A DNA stretch of 47,531 nt from Streptosporangiaceae bacterium (GTDB taxonomy: Bacteria; Actinomycetota; Actinomycetes; Streptosporangiales; Streptosporangiaceae), in NCBI GenBank assembly GCA_035640715.1, contig DASQVO010000066.1:1-47531 (forward strand), in the 5' to 3' direction. Shown one piece after another: positions 28,430 to 36,763 of the stretch. The first letter of the stretch is position 1. Each line of letters begins with the position of its first letter. Both the position numbers and the translations under genes were made by a program. The notes beneath the pieces were generated by a model that did not search any database, was not told the DNA's origin, and was given only the letters and a program-made list of their open reading frames with translations.

Positions 28430-28990
28430 TTAACCGGGCGGGCCGTGCCGGCGGCCGTGATGCGGCCTGTGCGGAGGGTGCGTGCTGGGGGGTGGCGGGG
28501 CGGGGATGGGCCCCGGCGGCCCTGGCCATACGAGCAGCACCGGGCATGGGGCGTGGTCAACGACGAACCGGACCGCCTTGCCGAGGCTCTTGGGTCCGGG
28601 GCCATGTCCGTCGCGGGCGACAATGAGCATGGTCGCATCGCGCGCGGCCGACACGATCTCGTGCTTCTCCTGACCGCGGCACTGGATCCGGCGGGCGGGG
28701 CGGCCGAGCCGTGCCTCTGCCGCGTCAAGCAGATCACACGCCGCCGCCTCCGCGGTCGCCGCGAGCTGCTCGGCCGGGTCGTGCCCGGCACGGCCGAGCA
28801 TGCCGCTGAACGCGCCATGGGCCGTCTCGGCCGTGTTGGTGTCGATGACCGTCAGGAGCGCGAAGTCGGCTCCGGCGGGTGCCAGCGATCGTGCGGCATC
28901 AACGCAGGCCTTCCACGTGTTCTCGGTCACCCATACCAATACGTTGACATCCTCCCCGGCCTGAACGCCGGGGATTCCTGGGCGGCTCAT
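28430..28990 (-). CDS. Universal stress protein (UspA family) with a Pro-rich C-terminal tail
   Basis: VLVWVTENTW...LLTVIDT...MLIVARDGHGPGPKSLGKAVRFVVDHAPCPVLLV is the USP fold signature. The ATG at 28990 overlaps the tnpB stop. An alternative TTG at 28939 follows GGGGAGGA. Confidence 0.7.
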   Translation of the reverse strand: MSRPGIPGVQAGEDVNVLVWVTENTWKACVDAARSLAPAGADFALLTVIDTNTAETAHGAFSGMLGRAGHDPAEQLAATAEAAACDLLDAAEARLGRPARRIQCRGQEKHEIVSAARDATMLIVARDGHGPGPKSLGKAVRFVVDHAPCPVLLVWPGPPGPIPAPPPPSTHPPHRPHHGRRHGPPG

Positions 28991-30231
28991 GCCGCGCTCC
29001 GGGTGGTTCCCGCTGCCGCGTGCGCGGGCTTACGCGGGCGTGGTGCCCCGTGCCCCGGGGCGCGCGCAGGGACGGTCTCGCCAGCGGCGAGCAGCAGTCC
29101 CCGGGCAAGGATGTTGCGGGCAGCGTTGGCGTCCGCGTGGTCTTCGTGGCCGCACGCAAGGCACCGGAACACCGCTTGGCTATCGCGGTTGCCGGGCTCG
29201 GTGTGGTGGCACAGGCGGCACTGCTGGGAGGTGAAGCGGGGGTCGACGTAGATGACCTGGCAGCCGGAGGCGGCGGCCTTGTCGTCCAGGCGGCGGGCGA
29301 GGGTTCCCCAGCACGAGGCCGGGATGCCCCGGCTGAGTGCGGCCTTGGCGCGGGCCCGGTTCGGCAGGAAGGCACCGGGCCGCCCCGGGTCGGGTTTCGG
29401 CGCGGGGCGCTTGGTCATGACGCGGGTGTTCAGTTTCTCCAGCACGATCACGTCGTGGTCGCGGACCAGCCGGGTGCTGATCTTCTCGGCCCAGTCCCGG
29501 CGGCGGTCTGTGACGGCGGCGGTGATGCGGGCCATGGCGGCGCGGGTGCGCTGCCGCTGACGTGAGCCCTTGCGCTGCCGGGCCATCCGCCGCTGCAAGG
29601 CCACATACCGCGCCGCCCTGCGATCGCTGATCCGCGGCGCCCGGTAATGTTGCCCATCGGAGGTGACCAGCGCGGTGCGCACCCCCCGGTCGATGCCGAT
29701 GGCGCTCCCGGTGCCCTGCCGTCTGACTGCTGGCTGCGGGGCGGGGAAGGACACGTGCCAGCGCCCGGCCCGGTCAAAGGTGACCCGTGCCATGCCCGGC
29801 TTGGCTGGCAGGGAGCGCGTCCACCGGAACCGTACCCACCCGCACTTGGGCACATGTACCTCACCCCAGCGGCGGTTCAGCCTCCGCGCCTTCACGTCGC
29901 GGATGACGAAGCCCTGGCTGCCGCGCTTGCTCCGGTATCCCGGCTTTCCCGCCGGGTTGCCCGGGTCGAAGAACGCTGCCAGCGCCCGGTCGAAGTCCCG
30001 CAGCGCCTGCTGCTGCACCGACGAGGACCCCTCGGCCAGCCACGGCTCGGCGGCCCGGGCCTCGGCGAGCTGCCGCTGCCGCGCCGCCGCGCCAGGTGCC
30101 GGGCCGCGCCCGGGATGCCACCAGGACTGCTGCTCCACGGCGAGATTCCATACGAACCGGGCATCCTCACAGTGCCGCACGAGCACGCGCTCCTGCTCCG
30201 CACCGGGGTACAGCCGGTTCCGTATGGCCAT
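28987..30231 (-). mobile_element. tnpB: Stand-alone TnpB (IS200/IS605-IS1341 type RNA-guided RuvC nuclease ORF); no TnpA partner present
   Basis: MAIRNRLYPGAEQERVL... N-terminus. RuvC-I is IGIDRGV, RuvC-II is VIVLEKLN, zinc finger is CRLCHH...CLACGH, RuvC-III is HADANAARNI. All catalytic acids are present. Confidence 0.85.
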
Positions 30232-30497
30232 GGCACCAGAGCATGCCATAGGCCTATGACAGCCAACGGCGATTATCGCTCGGGGCAGGCATGCTGTCTC
30301 CGCGTTGTCTCCGCCTTGCACGTCCACGTGGTCATCGTGACGAAGTACTGGCGCGGGCGCTAACCACGCGCTGACCTCGCCCTGAATTAGGACGGGGCTT
30401 GTGCCCTGCTATCGCTAGTGGTGGTGATTGGAAGTATGGCCGTGTGTGGCGGGTGTCTGGGCCTGATTTTGTCGGTGCCTGGTGGTGTGCTTGATGC

Positions 30498-30989
30498 ATG
30501 CCAAGGCACCGGGATCCCAGCGCGCCCCGGGTGGTGCACCGCACCGCCCGGGCGGGGCTGCGGGTGACCGGTGCCCAGCGGCGCCGCCTGCTGGGGCTGC
30601 TGGCCTCGGCCGGGGACGTGTGGGCGTGCGTGCTGGAGGTCAACGCCTGGCGGCGGGCCCGGCAGGACGTGCCGCTGGCCGGGTATCAGGAGCTGTGCCG
30701 GGAGCTGGCCGCCTCCGGGCCCGGCACGTTCGGGGACCTGGACACCACGGGTGCAAGGTCGGTGCTGCGCCGGTATTCCGATGCGTGGATGGCGGCGGCG
30801 AGCCGCCGCCGGGACGGTGATCTGTCGGCCCGGTTCCCGCGCGGCCGTCGGGCTCTGGTGCCGGTCCGCTGGTATGCGGGCACGTTCGCCCTGGCGGGGC
30901 GCCGGCTGCGGCTGCCGGTTCGGCGGGCCTGGCGTACCGGCGGCATGGCCGACATGGGCGGACGAACCATCGAACCTGCCTATGAATGA
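30498..30989 (+). pseudogene. N-terminal fragment of a second, different TnpB-like ORF
   Basis: VVHRTARAGLRVTGAQRRRLLGLLASAGDVWACVLEVNAWRR... resembles TnpB N-terminal domains. Similarity stops near 30930 and no RuvC or Zn motifs follow. Confidence 0.5.
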
Positions 30990-31065
30990 ACCAGAAATTC
31001 GGCATTAGTGCTATGAGTCGCTGGGCGTTAGGTTGGGCTGATTAGCCAGTGACGAGGGGGTGGCC

Positions 31066-31638
31066 ATGTCCGTGACCAGTGCGATCCCGGGTCTCGCTGC
31101 GCGCCGGGGTGAATCTTCCTGCTGCCCGGCCAGCCTTACCGACGCGATCCGGCGGGCGGTACGGCAGGGTGGGGGACCGCAGAGGACCGCCGACCGGGTG
31201 GCTGGCCAGCTACGCCGGCACCTCCCCGGACCCGAGATCCTGACGCCTGCGCAGCGCCGCGGTGATCCGGCCGGCTACCAGACTCACCTGGTGCACGCCG
31301 AGCCCGACGGCTCCTTCTCGATCGCGGCGATGGTGTGGCTGCCGGGCCAGCAGACCCCCGTGCACGACCACGTTTCGTGGTGCGTCACCGGGGTTCTCCA
31401 GGGCGCCGAGGACGAGGAGATCTTCGCCCTAGGCGCCGCCTTCCTGGCAGAGATCACCCGCAGGCGCAACCCGGCAGGCACAGTGACCGGGTTCGCCCCG
31501 CCCGGCGACATTCACCGCGTGCGCAACGCCGGGGACGGCATTGCCGTGTCGATGCACGTCTACGGTGCCGACCTGCCGACGCTGGGGTCCAGCATCCGCC
31601 GCGTGTACGACCTGCCCGTCCGCGCGCCCGGCCAGTAG
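31066..31638 (+). CDS. Cysteine dioxygenase type I-like cupin protein
   Basis: Cupin metal site TPVHDHVSWCVTGVL...GDIHRVRN...SMHVYG. ATG at 31066 follows GAGGGGG. Confidence 0.7.
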   Translation: MSVTSAIPGLAARRGESSCCPASLTDAIRRAVRQGGGPQRTADRVAGQLRRHLPGPEILTPAQRRGDPAGYQTHLVHAEPDGSFSIAAMVWLPGQQTPVHDHVSWCVTGVLQGAEDEEIFALGAAFLAEITRRRNPAGTVTGFAPPGDIHRVRNAGDGIAVSMHVYGADLPTLGSSIRRVYDLPVRAPGQ

Positions 31639-31820
31639 CCGGCGCGGCATCAAGCGCGCGAGCCGCCGGTTATCCGGGCTTCACCCGGTACGCCGGGCCT
31701 GCCATCATCCGCAAGCCGCGCAGGTGCGCGTCCGGTAGTTGCTGCGCAGAGCCATGCCGCCCGGATTCTTATCCAGATTCCTCACCTGAGACGTCCGCGG
31801 GCTTGCCCTCCGAACGATAC

Positions 31821-31905
31821 CGATATATCTTTGAGCTAGCTAGAAAGTATCTAGATGCTCTATCGTTATGGCGACGGGGCATGTACTTCTAGCGGAATGT
31901 CACGT
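31821..31905 (+). promoter_or_regulatory. AT-rich, CTAG-rich region upstream of padR; likely promoter or operator
   Basis: Locally low G+C. Inverted repeat CTAGA-N5-TCTAG at 31839-31853, with further CTAG repeats. It lies immediately 5' of the AAGGAG RBS of 31925. Confidence 0.3.
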
Positions 31906-31924
31906 ACGAAAGGAGTGAGAAGCA

Positions 31925-32542
31925 ATGCACGAGGAAGAATGGGGACGCCGGGGCGGCCACCGGTCACGGATACGCGCAGCTCGCCGGATGGAGTGGGGTC
32001 CGCCGCCGGAGGTCATGATGCGGGGCGGCCCGTTCGGGCGCGGCCCGAGGTTCGCGCGCGGACCGAGGGTCCGCCGGGGCGATGTCCGGGCGGCGGCGCT
32101 GTCGCTGCTGGCCGAGGGCCCGCGGAACGGCTATCAGATCATCCAGGAGATCAGTGAGCGCACCGACGGCGTGTGGCGGCCGAGTCCCGGCTCCGTCTAC
32201 CCCGCGCTTCAGCAACTCGAGGACGAGGGCCTCATCCGGGCCGAGGTTGGTGAGGGCGGACGCAAGGCGTTCCGGCTGACCGACGAGGGCGAGGCATATG
32301 CCTCCTCGCATGCCGAGGAGCTCAGCGCGTCATGGGATGCGGTGACCGGTAGCGTCGATGACGCCGAGGTCGAGCTGCGGGGGCTGATCCGCCAGGTCAT
32401 GATGGCGGTGATGCAGGTGGGGCAGGCTGGCTCGGCGGCGCAGGTTAAGCAGGCGGGCAAGGTCCTCACCGACACCCGCCGGGCGCTCTACCGGATCCTC
32501 GCTGCGGACGGCGGGGATGAGGAAGGCAGTTCGCAAGAGTGA
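31925..32542 (+). CDS. PadR family transcriptional regulator
   Basis: GDVRAAALSLLAEGPRNGYQIIQEISERTDGVWRPSPGSVYPALQQLEDEGLI is the PadR winged-helix signature. Confidence 0.9.
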   Translation: MHEEEWGRRGGHRSRIRAARRMEWGPPPEVMMRGGPFGRGPRFARGPRVRRGDVRAAALSLLAEGPRNGYQIIQEISERTDGVWRPSPGSVYPALQQLEDEGLIRAEVGEGGRKAFRLTDEGEAYASSHAEELSASWDAVTGSVDDAEVELRGLIRQVMMAVMQVGQAGSAAQVKQAGKVLTDTRRALYRILAADGGDEEGSSQE

Positions 32543-32677
32543 GCCAGGCCCGGACGCGGCAGCGCGCCAGCGCCGGGCACGGCCACGCCGGCAGCCCGAA
32601 GCCGCGCCGCGGCCGAAACGGGGGCGGCCACGCCCACGACAATCAGTCTCGGATGAGACTCGCAGATGGAGGTAACC

Positions 32678-33730
32678 ATGGCGGCCGTACAAACCGGCCC
32701 GGAGTCCAGCGGCTCCGCGCGGACCGGACCGGTGCATGCTGTCGGCAGCGGGCATGCGGCGATATCGGTTAGCGAGCTAACGAAGCGGTACGGCCAGATC
32801 GAGGCGGTACGCGGCATCGACTTCGACGTGGCGGCAGGGGAGACGTTCGGCTTCCTCGGGCCGAATGGCGCGGGCAAGTCCACCACGATCAAGATCTTGT
32901 GCACGCTGGTCCAGCCCACGTCGGGGACGGCCATGGTGGCCGGCCATGACGCGGTCAGGGAGCGGGACACGGTACGCCGCAACATCGGGCTGGTGTTCCA
33001 GGACACCACGCTCGACAGCTACCTGACGGCCGAGCAGAACCTGCGCTTCCACGCTGACCTGTACGGGGTGCCCAGGGCTGCCGTCGGGCCCCGGATGCGT
33101 CAGGTGCTCGAGATGGTCGGCCTGTGGGACCGGCGGGAGAGCAAGGTGAGCACCTACTCGGGCGGCATGCAGCGGCGGCTCGAGATCGCACGCGGACTGC
33201 TGCATGCGCCGCACGTGCTCTTCCTCGACGAGCCGACCGTGGGCCTCGACCCGCAGACCCGTTCCTCGATCTGGCGGTACATCAACGACCTGAAGCGGCG
33301 CGAGGACATCACCATCTTCCTTACCACGCACTACATGGACGAGGCGGAGCACTGCGACAGGATCGCCATCATCGATCACGGGAAAATCGTGGCGATTGAC
33401 ACTCCTGAGGCGCTCAAGGCCAGCGTCGGCAAGGACCGCGTGCAGATCAGCACGGCGGACGACCAGGCGGCAATCGCTGAGCTGGCGGACCGGTTCGGCA
33501 TCGAGGCCTCGGTCCATGACGGGCTGGTCACCTTCTCGGTGGAATCCGGGGAAGAGTTCGTGCCGCGGCTCTTCGCGGGACTGGACGTGGCGATCCGCTC
33601 GGTGAGCGTGTCACGGCCCTCGCTTGATGACGTGTTCATGTCCTACACCGGCCGCACCATCCGCGATACCGAGGCCACCGGAGCGGACGCGATGCGGGCC
33701 ATGGCGCAGCGTTTCCGAGGGAGGCGATGA
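32678..33730 (+). CDS. ABC transporter ATP-binding protein (DrrA/ABC-2 type)
   Basis: Walker A GPNGAGKST, signature YSGGMQRRL, Walker B LFLDEPT. ATG at 32678 follows GGAGG. Confidence 0.9.
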   Translation: MAAVQTGPESSGSARTGPVHAVGSGHAAISVSELTKRYGQIEAVRGIDFDVAAGETFGFLGPNGAGKSTTIKILCTLVQPTSGTAMVAGHDAVRERDTVRRNIGLVFQDTTLDSYLTAEQNLRFHADLYGVPRAAVGPRMRQVLEMVGLWDRRESKVSTYSGGMQRRLEIARGLLHAPHVLFLDEPTVGLDPQTRSSIWRYINDLKRREDITIFLTTHYMDEAEHCDRIAIIDHGKIVAIDTPEALKASVGKDRVQISTADDQAAIAELADRFGIEASVHDGLVTFSVESGEEFVPRLFAGLDVAIRSVSVSRPSLDDVFMSYTGRTIRDTEATGADAMRAMAQRFRGRR

Positions 33731-33733
33731 GAG

Positions 33734-34639
33734 ATGGCTACCCCGACCACCGAAGAAGCGGCCGCCACGTCCGCCGAGGTTGCCCTGACCGGGGCTATCA
33801 GGTTCGCCGTGCCCGAGCCCGGCTTCCGCCAGGATCTGCGTGCGATCAGCATCGTCTGGCGCCGCGAGCTGATCAGGTTCCGTACCGACCGCCTGCGCGC
33901 GGTGACCTCCCTCATCCAGCCGGTCCTCTTCCTCTTCATTCTCGGGACGGGGCTGGGCTCGCTCGCCGGGCGTGGCATGCCGCCGGGGATCAACTTCAGG
34001 ACCTTCATCTACCCAGGCGTTCTCGGCATGGCGGTGCTCTTTACCGCTATTTTCTCGGCTGGCTCGATCGTCTGGGACCGCGAGTTCGGGTTCCTGCGCG
34101 AGATGCTCGTGGCGCCGGTCAACCGCGGGGCGATCGTCCTCGGCAAGTGCTTGGGCGGCGCCACGGTGGCCACCTTCCAGGGGATCGTCGTGCTGATCCT
34201 GGCGGGCCTGGCCGGAGTGCCGTACAACCCCGTTCTGCTGCTGACGCTCATCGGTGAACTGCTGCTGCTGTCGTTCACGCTGACCGCGTTCGGCGTGATG
34301 CTGGCGGCGCGGATCAAGCAGTTCCAGGCGTTCATGGCGGTCATGCAGATGCTCGTGATGCCGCTGTTCTTCCTGTCCGGGGCGCTCTACCCGCTCAACG
34401 GCCTGCCGGCCTGGCTGACGGTCCTGACCCGCATCGACCCGCTGACCTACATCGTCGATCCGATGAGGCGGGCCGTCTTCACCCACCTGAACATCAGCCC
34501 GGAAGCGCTGCACGTGCTGGCCCCGGGAGTGTCCTGGGCCGGCTGGAACGTCCCTCTCGGCCTGTCTCTCGGCATCGTCGCCGCGATGGGCGTGGCTATG
34601 TGCGGTGTAGCCATCGCCGAGTTCAACAAGACCGAGTAA
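33734..34639 (+). CDS. ABC-2 type transporter permease
   Basis: 301 aa with six hydrophobic spans. Directly follows the ATPase gene. Confidence 0.85.
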   Translation: MATPTTEEAAATSAEVALTGAIRFAVPEPGFRQDLRAISIVWRRELIRFRTDRLRAVTSLIQPVLFLFILGTGLGSLAGRGMPPGINFRTFIYPGVLGMAVLFTAIFSAGSIVWDREFGFLREMLVAPVNRGAIVLGKCLGGATVATFQGIVVLILAGLAGVPYNPVLLLTLIGELLLLSFTLTAFGVMLAARIKQFQAFMAVMQMLVMPLFFLSGALYPLNGLPAWLTVLTRIDPLTYIVDPMRRAVFTHLNISPEALHVLAPGVSWAGWNVPLGLSLGIVAAMGVAMCGVAIAEFNKTE

Positions 34640-34680
34640 GCTCCCGGGCTCCGTCCGGCGGTTCTGCGTGGGGCCGTGGC

Positions 34681-34771
34681 GAGATCCCCGGGATGCTGCC
34701 CGGCGCCCGGGTGCGTTGCGTGCCGGGTCCGTGCGCGTCTAGTGCCGCGACCGGCAACGTTCGCCCGGTCT
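34681..34771 (+). repeat. Left arm of an inverted repeat pair bracketing the GNAT gene
   Basis: 34739-34771 matches the reverse complement of 35532-35564 at 31 of 33 positions. 34681-34707 matches the reverse complement of 35607-35628, apart from a 4-nt indel. Confidence 0.75.
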
Positions 34772-34772
34772 C

Positions 34773-35339
34773 CTAATCATCCATAGGGGGCGCAGCAGCG
34801 TGCGATGCATCGGGACTCCCGGGCGGCCGGGCATCGAGGCTCATGGTCATCCACGTGTTGTACGGGCTAGGTGCGTATTCGCCGAAGGGCTCACAAGGCT
34901 CAAATCCCATCCTGGCGTACAGGGCACGAGCCGGGGCAAAGGCGTCCATGGTCCCGGTCTCAAGGCTCACCCGCCGATAGCCCTGCTCGCGGGCGAAGGC
35001 CAGGATGTGTCCGGCCATTGCCCGTCCCACTCCCCGGCCTCTGACCGCCTCGCTGGTGTGCATCGACTTCAGCTCGGCGTGGGAGTCGTCCAGCCGTTTC
35101 AGCGCTCCGACGCCCACCAGCATCCCCCCGGCCCGGGCGCTGAAGAAGGTCACCCCTGGCTCAGAAAGGCGATCAGCGTCCAGGGCGTAGGCGTGGGCGA
35201 TAGGAGTGAGGGCATGGCAGAACGCCAGATGAGTCTCCAGCAGGGCCCGCACGTCTTCAGCTCCCGGATCGTCGACGCTGATAAGGACCCCACCGCTCTC
35301 AGCATCCCTCCCGGGACCGGCTGATGCGACCTCCGTCAA
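34773..35339 (-). CDS. GNAT family N-acetyltransferase
   Basis: Acetyl-CoA motif VRGRGVGRAMAGHILAFAREQGY. TTG at 35339 sits 8 nt after GAGGAGG; the longest ORF reaches 35384. Confidence 0.8.
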   Translation of the reverse strand: MTEVASAGPGRDAESGGVLISVDDPGAEDVRALLETHLAFCHALTPIAHAYALDADRLSEPGVTFFSARAGGMLVGVGALKRLDDSHAELKSMHTSEAVRGRGVGRAMAGHILAFAREQGYRRVSLETGTMDAFAPARALYARMGFEPCEPFGEYAPSPYNTWMTMSLDARPPGSPDASHAAAPPMDD

Positions 35340-35531
35340 CCCGGTTACCTCCTCACCTTGCTGGCCCGGCGACGGGCCCACCATGCTCGAATAGCCGCAT
35401 GACCCAAAGTCAGCCGGTCGAGGCTACCAGGACGCTCGAAAGCCGGATCCCGGGAACGCCCCCGCATGGCCTGGTTCGGATGGGTGTCACGGCGTCAGAT
35501 GGACCCGGTACCACCGATATCGGAACCGGCC

Positions 35532-35628
35532 AGAACGGGCGAACGTTACCGGTCGCGGCACTAGCCGGTGGCTGTGCTGGGGGAGGTGTCCCCCAGGCCC
35601 CCTCAGGCGCCGGGCAGCATGGGATCTC
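35532..35628 (-). repeat. Right arm of the inverted repeat pair bracketing the GNAT gene
   Basis: See the left arm. The divergent spacer contains the hairpin CTGGGGGA-GGTG-TCCCCCAG (35577-35596). Confidence 0.75.
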
Positions 35629-35685
35629 CCCCCGGGGTAGCACTGCGAGCCCCTGGCGAGGCGGTCGAAAGCCGCCAAGCATAGA

Positions 35686-35804
35686 GCGACGCCGGGTGGC
35701 TACGGGGGCAAACCACCCGGCGTCGCATTCATCGGCGTTCCGACGGGGGCCCGGAACGCCGGCAACGGTGCTCCGACGGGGGACCAGAGCACCGATATGA
35801 ATGC
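35686..35804. ncRNA. Candidate structured RNA: three GC-rich hairpins with a shared loop motif, two of them enclosed by an outer helix
   Basis: H1 35686-35726 (14 bp), H2 35733-35761 (10 bp), H3 35766-35794 (8 bp). The loops all contain ACGGGGG on the plus strand (CCCCCGT on the minus strand). ATTCAT 35727-35732 pairs with ATGAAT 35797-35802. No credible ORF. Confidence 0.35.
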
Positions 35805-35890
35805 TACACGGAAAACCCCCCCTATGTGTCAAGACCTAATTACAAGCACATCTCGGGTCGGGCAACGGGATCGTTGGCCGCCGTGTGGCC

Positions 35891-36259
35891 TTACGGCCGG
35901 GCGGATTGATCTTCCGATCCTTGAGGCCCCTTGCCGGATCCGCTCTTACCTGGGGGAACGTGCCGTTCCGGCAGGTTTGCCCGGTACTCCAGGAACCCGC
36001 GAACGTTGTCAGGCTCACGCCCCCCGTTCGCGAAAATCACTGCCACGTAGGGGATGAAGATCGCGAAAACGGCCGGGATAGCCGCAAGCCAGCCGAAGTG
36101 ATTGAGGAACAGGATGACGGTGATACCGAAGCACACCGAACGGATCCCCATCATGAACAGGTACCTGCGCTGCCGGTAGGCGATGTCCTCGGACATCGGG
36201 CGCCGCGCCTGCGTGACGACATGGACGTTGCGGTTGCCGTCCAGGTGCGCGATCCTCAT
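35891..36259 (-). CDS. DUF3099-like small membrane protein
   Basis: SEDIAYRQRRYLFMMGIRSVCFGITVILFL...AAIPAVFAIFIPYVAVIFANGG gives two TM helices after a basic segment, as in actinobacterial DUF3099 proteins. Confidence 0.6.
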   Translation of the reverse strand: MRIAHLDGNRNVHVVTQARRPMSEDIAYRQRRYLFMMGIRSVCFGITVILFLNHFGWLAAIPAVFAIFIPYVAVIFANGGREPDNVRGFLEYRANLPERHVPPGKSGSGKGPQGSEDQSARP

Positions 36260-36515
36260 ACCCCCACGCTATTCCCTGGATGGCGCCCTGGCCAACGCTG
36301 GGGAGCCGCGCCGTCGGACGGGACCGCGCCCGCGGCACCTGCCGGGAGGACCGGGGCCGCCACGCCCTCGAGATAGGTGGCGCCGTCCGCGGCTCCTCGC
36401 GCGGCGCGGGGCCTGCCGCGGCGGGGAACTACGTTCGGCGGCGTGCGATCGGGGAAGTCCGCTGTCCAGGGCACCAAGATCACTTCCGGGGCTATCAGGA
36501 AAGCAGGGCAGGCAC

Positions 36516-36731
36516 ATGACCGACCACATTTACCGTGTCACGGAGATCGTCGGAACCTCGCCGGAGGGCATCGAGCCGGCGGTGCGCAATGCGCTGCACC
36601 GCGCCGAGCAGACACTCCGTCACCTCGACTGGTTTGAGATCACGGAGGTGCGCGGCCAGATCACCGATGGCAGCGTCGCCTCCTTCCAAGTCGGGCTCAA
36701 GGTCGGGTTCCGGCTTGAAGACGCGTCCTAA
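36516..36731 (+). CDS. Dodecin family flavin-binding protein
   Basis: 71 aa: MTDHIYRVTEIVGTSPEGIEPAVRNALHRAEQTLRHLDWFEITEVRGQI.DG.V..FQV.LKVGF. Confidence 0.85.
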   Translation: MTDHIYRVTEIVGTSPEGIEPAVRNALHRAEQTLRHLDWFEITEVRGQITDGSVASFQVGLKVGFRLEDAS

Positions 36732-36763
36732 CCGGGCTCGGCCGCCCAGCAGCCCGTCCTCGG

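Noticed and set aside
28987-30231. The TnpB might be a domesticated nuclease-dead (TldR-like) regulator because it is fused by ATGA to a host gene
   Set aside because: All three RuvC acidic residues and the zinc finger are intact, so there is no evidence for nuclease inactivation.
35385-35890. RNase P RNA, tmRNA, SRP RNA, cobalamin riboswitch or c-di-AMP (ydaO) riboswitch in the structured gap
   Set aside because: I looked for GAGGAAAGUCCGG / ACAGAACCCGGC (RNase P), a GGGG...UCCACCA frame (tmRNA), the GGAAGCAGCC SRP core, the B12 box with GGUG..AAUCC, and the ydaO CAGCUAAC segment. None is present on either strand. A few short resemblances (GAAAGCCGG...CGCCCCCGCA, GGGGGACCA) are too partial to count.
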